This document shows positions 10,333 through 20,167 of a DNA stretch of 41,648 nt, piece by piece. The translations under genes and the position numbers were made by a program. The stretch's first letter is position 1. The number at the start of each line of letters is the position of its first letter. This stretch comes from an uncultured Fibrobacteraceae bacterium (GTDB taxonomy: Bacteria; Krumholzibacteriota; Krumholzibacteriia; LZORAL124-64-63), in NCBI GenBank assembly GCA_964484595.1, contig CAZAHC010000002.1, positions 1-41,648 of the forward strand. Reading direction: 5' to 3'. Below the pieces are notes generated by a model. The model made no database searches and was not told where the DNA came from. It saw nothing but the letters and a program-made list of their open reading frames with translations.

Positions 10333-11616
10333 TCAGGCGTGGACCGCCTCCAGAGGCAGCGGCTCGAGAGCCCCGAGGTAATCGAACTCGCCCTGGTGGT
10401 AGAGCTCGAGCACCGCGCCGACCACCCGGTCGTCGAACTGGGTGCCCCGGAAACGAACCAACTCCTCGATGGCCTGCTCGACGGTCATCGCCTTGCGGTA
10501 GGGACGATCGCTGGTCATGGCGTCGAAGGCGTCGCAGACGTTCAGGATGTGACAGCCCAGGCTGATCTCCCCGTCCTGCAAGCCGTGGGGGTAGCCCTTG
10601 CCGTCCGGACGCTCGTGGTGGTGCCGGACCAGGTCCGAGGTGTCGCGCAGGAATTTGATCTGCTCGACGATGTCGGCGCCGATGGTGGGATGGGTCCGCA
10701 CGGTGGCGAACTCCTCTTCCGAAAGCCGGCCCGGCTTGCAGATGATGTCGTTGGTGATGGCGATCTTGCCGATGTCGTGCAGCAGACCGCCGTACTCGAG
10801 GATTTCCAGGTCCTGGTCGCTCAGTTCCAGCTGGCGCCCGATCTTCACCGCGTACCGGCTGACTCGGTAGCTGTGTCCGTGCGTGTACGGTTCGTCCGCC
10901 TCGAGCGCCGTGGTCAAGGCGGCGATGGAGTTGATGTGGGCCTCCTTCATCCCCTGGATCAGCCGGTCGTACTGGAAGAGGACCAGCACCGGGAACAAGG
11001 CCAGCCCCAGCGTCCAGACCCCGGCCTGCTGGAACAGGAGGATGAAGATGGCCGCGAACGGCACGTCGGACAGGTTCCGCGTCTTGGGCAGGGTCAACTT
11101 CTGGCGGTAGATCTGACGCAGGGGAACGGTGGCGTCCAGGCTCAGGATCGCCGCCACCAGCAACCGGTTCAGGATGGTGTGGGTGAGCAGGGCTCCGAGC
11201 AGGGGCACCAGGAACCCGGGGCTGTCGAACCGATCGTGCCAGGGCAGCAGACCGTAAACCAGGCCGGCGCCGCCCGCGGAAACCGCGAGCATGGCGGCGT
11301 TGAACACGGTCTTGCGGGGTTCGGAGCGGCGCAGCAGCAGACCCCGCACCAGGGCCGAGAGCGCCTCGAGACCGGCCGCGGCGGCGGGGCCGAACAGGGC
11401 CAGGACCGCCAGCACGATCGACTTGGAGGACATCACCTTGCCGCCGCCCAGCTGGGCCTCGCTCAGCTTGGTATCCGCCCCCAGCAGAAAGAGGAAAAAA
11501 ACCAGCAGGACCGGCCACTCCATCTCGGCGGGGGGCCGGTGGCGGAAGAGGAAGAAGAGCATCCCCGCCCCGGCGGCCACCGACAGGCCGTACACCAGGT
11601 GGAAAAGCCAGCGCAT
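10333..11616 (-). CDS. membrane-anchored HD-GYP domain phosphodiesterase
   Basis: C-terminal HD-GYP domain: HGHSYRVSRYAV, GGLLHDIGKIAI and HHHERPDGKGYPHGL. The N-terminal half has several hydrophobic helices. The start is uncertain: I use the ATG at 11616 (MRWLFHLVYG), while the track start at 11769 is a GTG. Confidence 0.78.
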   Translation of the reverse strand: MRWLFHLVYGLSVAAGAGMLFFLFRHRPPAEMEWPVLLVFFLFLLGADTKLSEAQLGGGKVMSSKSIVLAVLALFGPAAAAGLEALSALVRGLLLRRSEPRKTVFNAAMLAVSAGGAGLVYGLLPWHDRFDSPGFLVPLLGALLTHTILNRLLVAAILSLDATVPLRQIYRQKLTLPKTRNLSDVPFAAIFILLFQQAGVWTLGLALFPVLVLFQYDRLIQGMKEAHINSIAALTTALEADEPYTHGHSYRVSRYAVKIGRQLELSDQDLEILEYGGLLHDIGKIAITNDIICKPGRLSEEEFATVRTHPTIGADIVEQIKFLRDTSDLVRHHHERPDGKGYPHGLQDGEISLGCHILNVCDAFDAMTSDRPYRKAMTVEQAIEELVRFRGTQFDDRVVGAVLELYHQGEFDYLGALEPLPLEAVHA

Positions 11617-11730
11617 TCGCCGTTGGCGAGGGTTCAACAGGGCATCCTTTCCCTGACGTCCAGCACCACTTCCGTCACGGCGAGGAGAGGGACGAACCGA
11701 TCTCCTGCAAAACCGGGCTGGACGGCGAGA

Positions 11731-11759
11731 ATATAAACGGAACCGGCACCAGGCCTCAA
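11731..11759 (-). promoter_or_regulatory. sigma-70-like promoter pattern upstream of the HD-GYP gene
   Basis: The minus strand reads TTGAGG - 17 nt - TTATAT (-35 at 11754-11759, -10 at 11731-11736). Pattern match only. Confidence 0.3.
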
Positions 11760-11942
11760 GGATTACCACTCAAATTTTGAGAAGAGGCCAAGGAACCAAT
11801 CGAGCATGGCACGCACCTCCTGTTCGTTGGTGTTGCCGTAATCACCGCTCGTACGGCAAAGGCCGCTCTTCTCGGCTGCTCCGCTCGTTCTGGCAATCCC
11901 GGGTGAATGCCGGTTCCGTAACCGTTTCCCGCGGGTCGGTTT

Positions 11943-12698
11943 CTAGTCCGCCACCTCCGGGGATTTGAAGGCCATCAGCGACAGGCGACGGTTCACCGCG
12001 TCCAGGACGGCATAGACGGCGGCCTGCGGGCGGTTGTGAACGGCCGGGCAGCTGCCGAAGAGCCGCTCCGAACGCCGGCCCTCCACAACCTCCACGGCGG
12101 CCAGCACCACCGGCTGTCCCGCCATCTCCGCCAGCCGGATCTCCGAGAGATCGAGCACGACCGGTTCGGCCAGCAGCTGTCCCACCGCCATCAGGGTCGC
12201 CCGGCCGATCAGGTGCAGATCACAATCGGCGTGATTGGAGCCCTCCTCCACGCCGCGCGCCTCCACGGCGCCGGCCTGGAGCTCGACCTCGGCCCGGACG
12301 GACCGGTCCGAGACCATCACCCCGACCCCGTTACAGAGAATCCGCGGCGCCTGGATCTCCTCCAGAATCACCGCGGGCGTGGCCTCGGCATCGTGGCCGG
12401 ATTCACCGGGGGACAGCGCCGCGACCGGCTCGGCGGCCTCCTCGGCGCCCTCCTCGAGCACCTGCACCACCCCGATCTTCTTGTAGAAGACGTTCACGCC
12501 GATCCGGGCCTTCAGCAGGCCCTCGACGTCGCGCACGATGTGGCGGGGTTCTCGTTCCATGCCGGCGACGACGTGGACACCCGTCACCTCACCTTCATGG
12601 TCCAGATCGATCTTGCACTGCAGCACACCGTTGATCTGGCCAATCCAGCGCTCGGCGTCGGCTACCCAGGCATCGCGCTCATCTGGCTCCCATTCCAA
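11943..12698 (-). CDS. hypothetical protein, two-lobed, no family recognised
   Basis: The open frame has normal (not R/P/G-biased) composition. I prefer the TTG start at 12698 because it is preceded by GGAAGGAAGGAG with a 7-nt spacer. The maximal ORF begins at the GTG at 12791. The N-lobe contains GVLQCKIDLDHEGEVTGVHVVAGMEREPRHIVRDVEGLLKARIGVNVFYKKIGVVQV. The C-lobe runs ~RAEVELQ..VLDAVNRRL. Confidence 0.55.
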   Translation of the reverse strand: MEWEPDERDAWVADAERWIGQINGVLQCKIDLDHEGEVTGVHVVAGMEREPRHIVRDVEGLLKARIGVNVFYKKIGVVQVLEEGAEEAAEPVAALSPGESGHDAEATPAVILEEIQAPRILCNGVGVMVSDRSVRAEVELQAGAVEARGVEEGSNHADCDLHLIGRATLMAVGQLLAEPVVLDLSEIRLAEMAGQPVVLAAVEVVEGRRSERLFGSCPAVHNRPQAAVYAVLDAVNRRLSLMAFKSPEVAD

Positions 12699-12823
12699 GC
12701 TGCCGCTCCTTCCTTCCCACAGGTGTCCAGGCCAGAAGCCAATATTTCGGTGGTCCACCCGGTCCTGGCGAACCCCAGGCAAACCCACCACGAGGCCCCC
12801 GTCCGTGGGATCCCCGTTCCTGC

Positions 12824-13732
12824 CTATGGTAGCATCATTGCTTCGAGTTGGGCCAGCCGTTTTTGGTAGGCTTCCGGGGTGCGGGCCAGCAGGCCCTCGA
12901 CGCTGAACGCCTCGGGGCAGAAGCTGGCGGTGGCGGTGCCGTCGAGCATGGCCTGGCGAAAGGGACGGTCAGGGGCGCCGCCGTCAGCGGCGGCGGCGGC
13001 CAGGCTGCCCACGAAACCGCCGGCGAAGGAATCGCCCGCGCCGGTGGGATCGACCACCTCCGGCAGCAGGACCGCGGGCACGGCCAGCACCGAGTCCCGC
13101 CCGAAGAAAATCGCGCCGTGCTCCCCCTTCTTGACCACCACCCGAGTAGGCCCGATGTCCTGGATGGCGGCGGCGGCCCGCAGCAGGTTCCGCTCGCCGG
13201 TGAGCAGGGCCGCCTCGCTGTCGTTCACCAGCAGCACGTCAACCCGCCGCAGGACGGCCAGCAACTCCTGCCGGGTCGTCTTGATCCACAGGTTCATGGT
13301 GTCGAGGACCGTCAGCCGAGGGCCCGACATCGCTTCCAGAACGTGCAACTGCAAAGCGGGATGGATGTTGGCGAGGAAGAGATACGGGGTGGATCGCCAC
13401 TGCTCGTCGATCTCGGGCGCGAAGTCGGCGAACACCCCCAGCTCGGTGGCAAGGGTGTCCCGCTCGATGAGGTCGGCGTGGTAACGGCCAGACCAGTGGA
13501 AGGTCTTGCCCGGCGCGCGCTGGATGCCCGCCACGTCGGCGCCGTTGGCCGCCAGCAGCTCCAGGTCTTCCGGCCGGAAATCGTCCCCGATCACGCCCAC
13601 CGCCCGCACCGGGGCGAAGGGACCCGCGGCCAGGGCGAAGAAGCAAGCGCTGCCCCCGAGCTGCCGCTCGCGACGGGCGTCGGGAGTTTCCACCGTGTCG
13701 TAGGCGACCGACCCGACCACGAGAATGGACAT
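12824..13732 (-). CDS. PfkB-family carbohydrate/nucleoside kinase
   Basis: N-terminal ILVVGSVAYDTV..LGGSA and C-terminal DPTGAGDSFAGGFVGSL signatures of ribokinase/PfkB kinases. The ATG at 13732 is preceded by AAGGAG. Substrate not assignable. Confidence 0.85.
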   Translation of the reverse strand: MSILVVGSVAYDTVETPDARRERQLGGSACFFALAAGPFAPVRAVGVIGDDFRPEDLELLAANGADVAGIQRAPGKTFHWSGRYHADLIERDTLATELGVFADFAPEIDEQWRSTPYLFLANIHPALQLHVLEAMSGPRLTVLDTMNLWIKTTRQELLAVLRRVDVLLVNDSEAALLTGERNLLRAAAAIQDIGPTRVVVKKGEHGAIFFGRDSVLAVPAVLLPEVVDPTGAGDSFAGGFVGSLAAAAADGGAPDRPFRQAMLDGTATASFCPEAFSVEGLLARTPEAYQKRLAQLEAMMLP

Positions 13733-13733
13733 G

Positions 13734-15473
13734 TCACTCCTTGTCCGCCATCCGCTCCGGCGCCTCGATTCCGATCAGATCCAGCACCAGGGCGAGCACC
13801 CGCCGCGTGATCAGGCAGAGCTGCAAGCGGGCCCGGGTGGTGACCTCGTCAGGCCCCAGGATGACGCACTGGTGGTAGAACTGGTGGAACAGGCCGGCCA
13901 CCTCGTGGATGTAGCCGGTCAGGCGGTGAGGCTCGCGCGCCTCGGCGGAGGCCAGGATGACCTGTGGCAGCTGGACCAGCTGGCCCACCAGCGCCCACTC
14001 GCCCGGCTCGGCCAGGTGCAGCAGGGTTCCGGCGTCCGGCTCCCCCGGCTCCGCGCCGGCCGCGCTCGCCTTGCGCAGGACCGAGCAGATCCGCGCGTGG
14101 GCGTACTTGACGTAGTATACGGGATTCTCGCTGGACTGCTCCCGCGCCAGGTCGAGATCGAAATCGAGATGCGAGCCTGGCCGGCGGGTCAGGAAGATGT
14201 ACTTGGCCACGTCGGCGCCCACCTCGTCGCACAGCGCGTCCATGGTGATGAACTGGCCCCGGCGCTTGGACATGTCGAGCTGCCGGCCGTGCTCCAGGAA
14301 GTTCACCTGCTGGAGGATCTGGATCTCCAGCCAGTCGGCGGGAACGCCCAGGGCGACCATCGCCCCCTGCATCCGGGCGATGTAGCCGTGGTGGTCCGGA
14401 CCCCAGAAATCGATGGCGTGCTCGAAGCCGCGCTTGTGCTTGTGGTAGTGGTAGGCCACGTCGGCCAGGAAATAGGTCGGCTGGCCGTCCGAGCGCAGCA
14501 CCACCCGGTCCTTCTCGTCCCCGAAGTCGGTCGAGCGGAACCAGAGGGCGTCACCCTCCTCGTAGACGGCGCCGCTCTTGCGCAGCTGCTCCAGCACCCG
14601 CTCGATACGCTTGGTCTCGTGCAGCTCCGACTCGAAGTACCAGGTGTCGAAGCGCAGCCCGAACCGGCGACAGGTCTCGCGCTGCCAGCTGAGGATCTTC
14701 ATCAGGGCGTACTTGGCGAAGCTGCGAACCGATTTCTCCTCCGGCAGCTGGCACCAGTCGTCGGCGTTCCCGGCCGGCGCGGACACTCGCTGGAAGCTCT
14801 CGTCGTCGAAGGCGGAGGCGGCGGCCTCGATGGCGGCGCTGTCGAGGTCAAGCAGCTCCGCAGCCATGATCTCGAGGTAGCGCCCGAGATACCCTTCCTC
14901 GGGCAGCTCCACGCTTCGGCCCCGCAGCTGCAGGAACCGCGCCCGCAGGGATTGCCCCAGGAGATTGATCTGGCGCCCGGCGTCGTTGACGTAGTACTCG
15001 CTGTGGGCGTCGTAGCCGATGGCCCGCAGCAGGCGCACCAGGGTCGAGCCGAAGGCGCCCGCCCGGGCGGAAACCACGTTCAGGGGGCCGGTGGGATTGG
15101 AGCTGATGTACTCGACGTTGATCCGCTTGCCGGCGCCGGTCTTGATATCCTGCAGCGCGCCCTCATCCCGCCACAGATCGAGCAACTGGGCGATCCGGTA
15201 GGGCCGCGCCAGGCGGAAGTTGATGAAACCGGGCCCGGCGATCTCGACCGACTCGACGAGATCCTTGTCGAGCAGCAGGCCGGCGGCCAGCTCGCCGGCG
15301 AGCTCGCGAGGCTTGCGTTCAAGCCGCTTGGCCAGGCTCAGGGCGAGGTTGGTGCTCAGATCGCCGTGACTCCGCTCACGCGGCTTCTCCAGCTCGATCT
15401 GGACATCCTCCTCGAAGAGACCGAACCTCTCGAGAGTGCCCAGCAGAGCAGCCCGGATGATTTCTTCGACCAT
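13734..15473 (-). CDS. argS: arginine--tRNA ligase
   Basis: N-terminal PRERSHGDLSTNLALSLAK, class-I HIGH-region context (VEYISSNPTGPLNVVSARAG) and C-terminal anticodon-binding region. The ATG at 15473 (MVEEIIRAAL) overlaps the rsfS stop by 1 nt (TGATG). The upstream 68 codons of the track ORF are R/G-rich. Confidence 0.92.
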   Translation of the reverse strand: MVEEIIRAALLGTLERFGLFEEDVQIELEKPRERSHGDLSTNLALSLAKRLERKPRELAGELAAGLLLDKDLVESVEIAGPGFINFRLARPYRIAQLLDLWRDEGALQDIKTGAGKRINVEYISSNPTGPLNVVSARAGAFGSTLVRLLRAIGYDAHSEYYVNDAGRQINLLGQSLRARFLQLRGRSVELPEEGYLGRYLEIMAAELLDLDSAAIEAAASAFDDESFQRVSAPAGNADDWCQLPEEKSVRSFAKYALMKILSWQRETCRRFGLRFDTWYFESELHETKRIERVLEQLRKSGAVYEEGDALWFRSTDFGDEKDRVVLRSDGQPTYFLADVAYHYHKHKRGFEHAIDFWGPDHHGYIARMQGAMVALGVPADWLEIQILQQVNFLEHGRQLDMSKRRGQFITMDALCDEVGADVAKYIFLTRRPGSHLDFDLDLAREQSSENPVYYVKYAHARICSVLRKASAAGAEPGEPDAGTLLHLAEPGEWALVGQLVQLPQVILASAEAREPHRLTGYIHEVAGLFHQFYHQCVILGPDEVTTRARLQLCLITRRVLALVLDLIGIEAPERMADKE

Positions 15474-15943
15474 CAAACTTCCGGTTCGTTGGCCTCCGAG
15501 GGCGAGGCGAGGGCCGGCAAGTCGGGATGCCGCCGCCGCACCGCTTCGGTGGCAAAGTAAGCGTCGGCGATCTCCAGCGCCGGCGCGTCGCTCCAGAGTC
15601 TCTCCAGCAGATAATACTGCCGGGTCGCCGGCTGGAAAACGTGAATCACGAGGTCGACGTAATCCAGCAGGGCCCACTTCGCCCCGCTGAGCCCCTCGGT
15701 GTGCAGCGAGGTTAAACCGCCGCGGGCGAGCCCGTCACGCACCGCCCGGGCGATGGCCTTGACCTGGACGTCGGCCTGGCCGGTGCAGATCAAGAAAAAA
15801 TCGCAGACGTCGGATTTCCCCCGCAGGTCGAGCAGCAGAACGTCCTGGCCCCGCTTGGTGAGGATCCAGTAGGCAGCCTCCTCGGCGAGTAAGAAAGAGG
15901 GAGAGGTTTCCGCAAGGTGCCAGGACGGATGCTCAGGATTCAT
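15473..15943 (-). CDS. rsfS: ribosome silencing factor
   Basis: DFFLICTGQADVQVKAIARAV..WALLDYVDLVIHVFQPATRQYYLLERLW is the RsfS/iojap core. It has a C-terminal extension of about 30 aa. Confidence 0.85.
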   Translation of the reverse strand: MNPEHPSWHLAETSPSFLLAEEAAYWILTKRGQDVLLLDLRGKSDVCDFFLICTGQADVQVKAIARAVRDGLARGGLTSLHTEGLSGAKWALLDYVDLVIHVFQPATRQYYLLERLWSDAPALEIADAYFATEAVRRRHPDLPALASPSEANEPEV

Positions 15944-15970
15944 GGCCTAGCCCGGCCCGCGGGGACCGGT

Positions 15971-16975
15971 TCAGTTGAGGCGATTGATGACGTACTCGAC
16001 CGCGATGGCCAGCAGGTCCTTCTGCGGGCCGGCAGCGATCGGTTGCAGGGCGGCCTTGGCTTCCTCGCCACATTCGCGAGCCAGCCCGAAGGCGTATTCG
16101 ACTCCACCAAAATCGGTAACGAACTGCTTCACTTCCGGCCAGCACGCCGATCTCCCCGCCGGGTCCTGCACCGCCGCGAGGACATTCAGTCGTTCCCGCG
16201 CGGCGGCCGGGGCCTTCCGGAGGGAAGCGATCAGCGGCAGGGTGATCCGGCCCTCCTCCCAGTCCTGACCGGTCGGCTTGCCGAGCCGGCGCTCGTCGCC
16301 GAGGTAATCAAAAATATCGTCGGTGATCTGGAAGACCAGCCCGATCTTGCGGCCGAAGCGAGCGAAGGATTCCACCCGATCCCGGCCGACGGGGTTGAAG
16401 TGGGCCCCGATCCGGCAGGAGGTTTCCATCAGCGAGGCTGTCTTCTGGTAGATGATCTGCAGGTACTGCTCCTCGGTGATGTCGAGGTCGTACTTCAGCT
16501 CGAGCTGCAGCATCTCGGCCTCGCTCATCAGGCGGGTCGAGCGGGCCAGCAGCTTCACGGCGAACTCCTGGCCGTTCTCGCACAGGATGTCGATGGCGGT
16601 GCTGTAAAGAAAATCGCCCATGATCAGGGCCGCCGAGCCGCCCCAGGCCTCGTTCACAGAGGGCAGGCCGCGGCGGGTCAGGGCGGCGTCGATGAAATCG
16701 TCGTGGACCAGGGTGGCCGTGTGCACCAGCTCGATGCAGGCGGCCGCCGTGATCGCTCCCGGGTCGATCTCGCCGTGATTCTGGGCGCTCAGCAGCAGCA
16801 GGGTGGGGCGAAAGCGCTTGCTCTTGCCCTTCAGGATGTGGGCGCAGATCTCCTTGGTCAGCGGCGTGTTCCCGTCGGTCACCCGGGCGAACTCCTCCTC
16901 GAACCTCGCCAGGGCCGGCTTGACCATCTGTTGCACCGAAACCAGGGTGATGCGCTCGGGGTCGGAATGGGACAT
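15971..16975 (-). CDS. trans-polyprenyl diphosphate synthase (IspB-like, chain length not assignable)
   Basis: First DDxxD motif LVHTATLVHDDFIDAALTRRG and second FQITDDIFDY; 334 aa, ATG start. Confidence 0.85.
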   Translation of the reverse strand: MSHSDPERITLVSVQQMVKPALARFEEEFARVTDGNTPLTKEICAHILKGKSKRFRPTLLLLSAQNHGEIDPGAITAAACIELVHTATLVHDDFIDAALTRRGLPSVNEAWGGSAALIMGDFLYSTAIDILCENGQEFAVKLLARSTRLMSEAEMLQLELKYDLDITEEQYLQIIYQKTASLMETSCRIGAHFNPVGRDRVESFARFGRKIGLVFQITDDIFDYLGDERRLGKPTGQDWEEGRITLPLIASLRKAPAAARERLNVLAAVQDPAGRSACWPEVKQFVTDFGGVEYAFGLARECGEEAKAALQPIAAGPQKDLLAIAVEYVINRLN

Positions 16976-17039
16976 GCAGTTCCGTTTCGCAAGAGGGTGA
17001 CCGGGTTCCCGGACAATAACCGGCCGGGCGCCGGCCCTG

Positions 17040-17873
17040 TCAATCCTCTTCTTCCGGCTCGTCGGCCGGGCGCCCGGTCGCTTGCCGGCGGCGCCTGGTC
17101 ACCACAATTGCCACCAGGACCGACAGGAGGTAGAGCAGGGTCACCGGCACCGCCATCATGAGCTGGGAGAAGACGTCCGGCGGAGTGAGGACCGCCGCAA
17201 AAACGACGATCAACAGCACCGCGTACCGCCAGGCCTTCAGGAGCAGGCGTGGGTTGACGACCCCGATCAGGCTCAAGAAAAGCACCACCAGGGGCAGCTC
17301 GAAGATCAGGCCGAAGGCGAGGCAAAGGCGCGCCACGAAAGAAAAGTAGGGCCCGATCCCGATCAGCGGCTGCATGACCTCGGTGCCGAAGCCCAGCATG
17401 AAGGCGACCACCTGGGGAATGACCACCAGATAGGCAAAAACCACTCCCAGGTAGAAGAGAGCGGTCGAGGAGACGAGCAGCGGGGTGATGACCTTCCTCT
17501 CGCGCTGGTAAAGTCCCGGAATGATGAAGGAATAAATCTTGAAGAGTACGAAGGGAACGACCAGGAACAGCCCGCAGACCGCGGAGATCTTCAGGCGGGT
17601 CATGAAGGCCTCGATCGGTGCGTGGAAATAGATGCCGTCGGACGCGGTGAGCACCGGCTTGACGAGGAAGTCGAGCAACGAGGCCGACCAGAACCAGCAG
17701 AGGATCGTGGCCAGCAGGGCCGCCACCAGGGTGGAGACCAGGGTGCCGCGCAGCTCCTCCAGGTGGTCGAGCATCGACATGGAGCCACCAGGCGGAAGAT
17801 CCCCCGCGGGGGGAGCGGTAGGATCGTCACCCGGCAGCGCGCGGCTGGTTTCGTCGCGGCCGTTGTCGGTCAC
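17040..17873 (-). CDS. tatC: twin-arginine translocase subunit TatC
   Basis: MSMLDHLEELRGTLV motif followed by six hydrophobic helices. The GTG start at 17873 overlaps the nrdR stop (GTGA). A later in-frame ATG (MSMLDHLEEL) is an alternative start. Confidence 0.85.
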   Translation of the reverse strand: MTDNGRDETSRALPGDDPTAPPAGDLPPGGSMSMLDHLEELRGTLVSTLVAALLATILCWFWSASLLDFLVKPVLTASDGIYFHAPIEAFMTRLKISAVCGLFLVVPFVLFKIYSFIIPGLYQRERKVITPLLVSSTALFYLGVVFAYLVVIPQVVAFMLGFGTEVMQPLIGIGPYFSFVARLCLAFGLIFELPLVVLFLSLIGVVNPRLLLKAWRYAVLLIVVFAAVLTPPDVFSQLMMAVPVTLLYLLSVLVAIVVTRRRRQATGRPADEPEEED

Positions 17874-18337
17874 GGAGGACCATCCCTTCCCGCCCGGAGG
17901 TCACGTAGCACCGCCAGGAACTCGTCCAGGTTGGCGAACGACCGGTAGACCGAGGCGTACCTCACGTAGGCCACCTCGTCGAACTCTCGCAAACGCGCCA
18001 TGACCTGCTGGCCGATGGCGAACGAGGGAACCTCCCGGGCGAAGCGCTCGACCAGGTCCCGTTCGATCTCCTCGACGATGGTTTCGATTCCCTCGGCGGA
18101 GACCGGCCGCTTGACGCAGGCCTTGGCGATGCCGTCACGAATCTTGGACCGATCGTAGGGAACCCGCTGCCCGTCCTTCTTGACCACCAGGACCGGCTGG
18201 TCCGCGACGGTTTCGTACGTGGTGAACCGGCCGCCGCAGGACAGGCACTGCCGCCGGCGCCGCACGCTGCGGCCCTCGCGAACCACCCGGGAATCGACCA
18301 CCCGGTCGTTGTCCTCTCCGCAGCGGGGGCATCTCAT
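17870..18337 (-). CDS. nrdR: transcriptional repressor NrdR
   Basis: Zinc ribbon MRCPRCG..CLSCGGRFTTYE followed by an ATP-cone (VVKKDGQRVPYDRSKI..). 155 aa, ATG preceded by AGGAGG. Confidence 0.92.
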   Translation of the reverse strand: MRCPRCGEDNDRVVDSRVVREGRSVRRRRQCLSCGGRFTTYETVADQPVLVVKKDGQRVPYDRSKIRDGIAKACVKRPVSAEGIETIVEEIERDLVERFAREVPSFAIGQQVMARLREFDEVAYVRYASVYRSFANLDEFLAVLRDLRAGRDGPP

Positions 18338-18408
18338 GACGTGCCTCCTGACAACCGCCCCGGCCCCACACCCGCCGGACCGCTGCTGGGTCCGGGAGTG
18401 CGGTCAGA

Positions 18409-19662
18409 TCATCCGGCGGGGAGGTCGGCGTAGAGGGGGAACGCCTCGCACAGCTCGAGGCTCTGGGTCTGCAACTGCTGCAGGGCCGCCTCGTCATCCC
18501 GGTTCGCGACCGCGCCGGCCATCAGGTCGGCGATTTTTCGCATCTCCGCCGTACCCATGCCGCGGGAGGTCAGGGCCGGCGTGCCGACCCGGATGCCGCT
18601 GGTGATGAAGGGACTCTCGGTGTCGAAGGGCACTGCGTTCTTGTTCACGGTGATGCCGACCTGGTCGAGCAGTTCCTCCATGTCCTTGCCGGTCAACCCC
18701 TGGCTGGCCACGTTTACCAGCAGCAGGTGGTTGTCGGTCCCCCCGCTGACCAGATGGAAGCCGTGCTCCAGCAGCCTCTCGGCCAGCGCCTGCGCGTTGT
18801 CCACCACCTGCCGGGCGTACTGCTTGAACTCCGGCCTGGCCGCCTCGGCGAAGCACACCGCCTTGGCGGCGATCATGTGCATCAACGGTCCCCCCTGGAT
18901 GCCCGGGAAGTTCATCTTCTGGATGGGCTTGAAGAAATCCTTCTTGCAGAGGATGAGCCCGCCGCGCGGACCACGCAGGGTCTTGTGGGTCGTCGAGGTG
19001 ACCACGTCCGAGAAAGGAACCGGATTGGGATGGACCCCGCCGGCGACGAGCCCGGCGATGTGGGCCATGTCGAAGATGAGGACCGCCTCGACCTCGTCGG
19101 CGATCTCCCGCAGCTTCTCGAAGTCCCAGAAGCGGGGGTAGGCGCTGGCGCCGCCCACGATGACCTGGGGTCGCTCCGCCCGGGCCTGATCGCGTAACCG
19201 ATCGTAGTCGATGGTCTCGGTCTCCCGATCGACCTCGTAGTGGAGGGCCTGGAACATCAGGCCGGAGAAGTTCACGGGGTGGCCGTGGGTGAGATGGCCA
19301 CCGCAGGAGAGGGAAAGCCCCAGCAGCTTGTCCCCCGGCTTCATGAAGGCCAGGTAGGCCGACATGTTGGCGGTCGAGCCGGAATGGGGCTGCACGTTGG
19401 CCCGCTCGGCCTCGAAAAGCGCGCAGGCCCGCTTCTTGGCCAGCGTCTCCGCGGTATCGACGTGCTCGCAGCCGCCGTAGTATCGCTTCTTGGGATACCC
19501 CTCCGCGTACTTGTTCGTCAGCACGCTGCCCATGGTCTGCAGGACGGCGGGGCTGGTGAAGTTCTCGCTGGCGATCATCTCCAGCTGGTCTCGCTGGCGC
19601 TGCAACTCGTTCTCGAGCACGAGCGCGATTTCAGGGTCGGTTTGCCGTACCGCGTCGATCAT
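18409..19662 (-). CDS. glyA: serine hydroxymethyltransferase
   Basis: [37 protein letters not shown] and the [12 protein letters not shown] (PLP-lysine) motifs. The ATG at 19662 sits 8 nt after AAGGAG and gives 417 aa. The track start at 19668 is a GTG too close to the SD. Confidence 0.93.
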   Translation of the reverse strand: MIDAVRQTDPEIALVLENELQRQRDQLEMIASENFTSPAVLQTMGSVLTNKYAEGYPKKRYYGGCEHVDTAETLAKKRACALFEAERANVQPHSGSTANMSAYLAFMKPGDKLLGLSLSCGGHLTHGHPVNFSGLMFQALHYEVDRETETIDYDRLRDQARAERPQVIVGGASAYPRFWDFEKLREIADEVEAVLIFDMAHIAGLVAGGVHPNPVPFSDVVTSTTHKTLRGPRGGLILCKKDFFKPIQKMNFPGIQGGPLMHMIAAKAVCFAEAARPEFKQYARQVVDNAQALAERLLEHGFHLVSGGTDNHLLLVNVASQGLTGKDMEELLDQVGITVNKNAVPFDTESPFITSGIRVGTPALTSRGMGTAEMRKIADLMAGAVANRDDEAALQQLQTQSLELCEAFPLYADLPAG

Positions 19663-19714
19663 GATCACGTCTCCTTTGGCCCCGACGGCGGCTGGCCCGC
19701 CGTCCCGGGCCGCA

Positions 19715-20167
19715 TCAAGAATCGAGGTGCTGCTGCTCGTAGGCGCGGATCTTCTCGACCCGCCGGCCGTGGCGGCCGCCCGCGAACTCGGCCGCCAGCC
19801 CCGCCGCGATGATCACCGCCGCGGCCACGAGAGGGGTCCTATCCGCGGCCAGGCAGAGCACGTTGCTGTCGTTGTGCTGGACGGTTTGCCGCGCGGCCTC
19901 GTCGTCCAGACAGAGAGAGGCCCGGATCCCGGCTACCTTGTTGGCCGCGATGCTCATGCCGATCCCGGAACCGCAGATCAAGATGCCGCGCCGGCAGCGG
20001 CCGTCGGCCACCGCCTCGGCCACGCCGAAGGCCGCATCCGGGTAATCGGCCGCTTCCGGGCCCGGACAGCCGCAGTCCAGCACCTCGTGCCCCTGCGCCT
20101 GCAGGTCCCTGGCGAGGTCCACCTTGTGCGAGAAACCACGATGATCGCTGCCGATCGCTATCTTCAC
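19715..20167 (-). CDS. rpiB: ribose-5-phosphate isomerase B
   Basis: [11 protein letters not shown].., [22 protein letters not shown] and HNDSNVLCL motifs. The GTG at 20167 is preceded by AGGAGGA and overlaps the upstream stop (GTGA). The rest of the 334-aa track ORF is alternative-frame sequence. Confidence 0.88.
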   Translation of the reverse strand: MKIAIGSDHRGFSHKVDLARDLQAQGHEVLDCGCPGPEAADYPDAAFGVAEAVADGRCRRGILICGSGIGMSIAANKVAGIRASLCLDDEAARQTVQHNDSNVLCLAADRTPLVAAAVIIAAGLAAEFAGGRHGRRVEKIRAYEQQHLDS

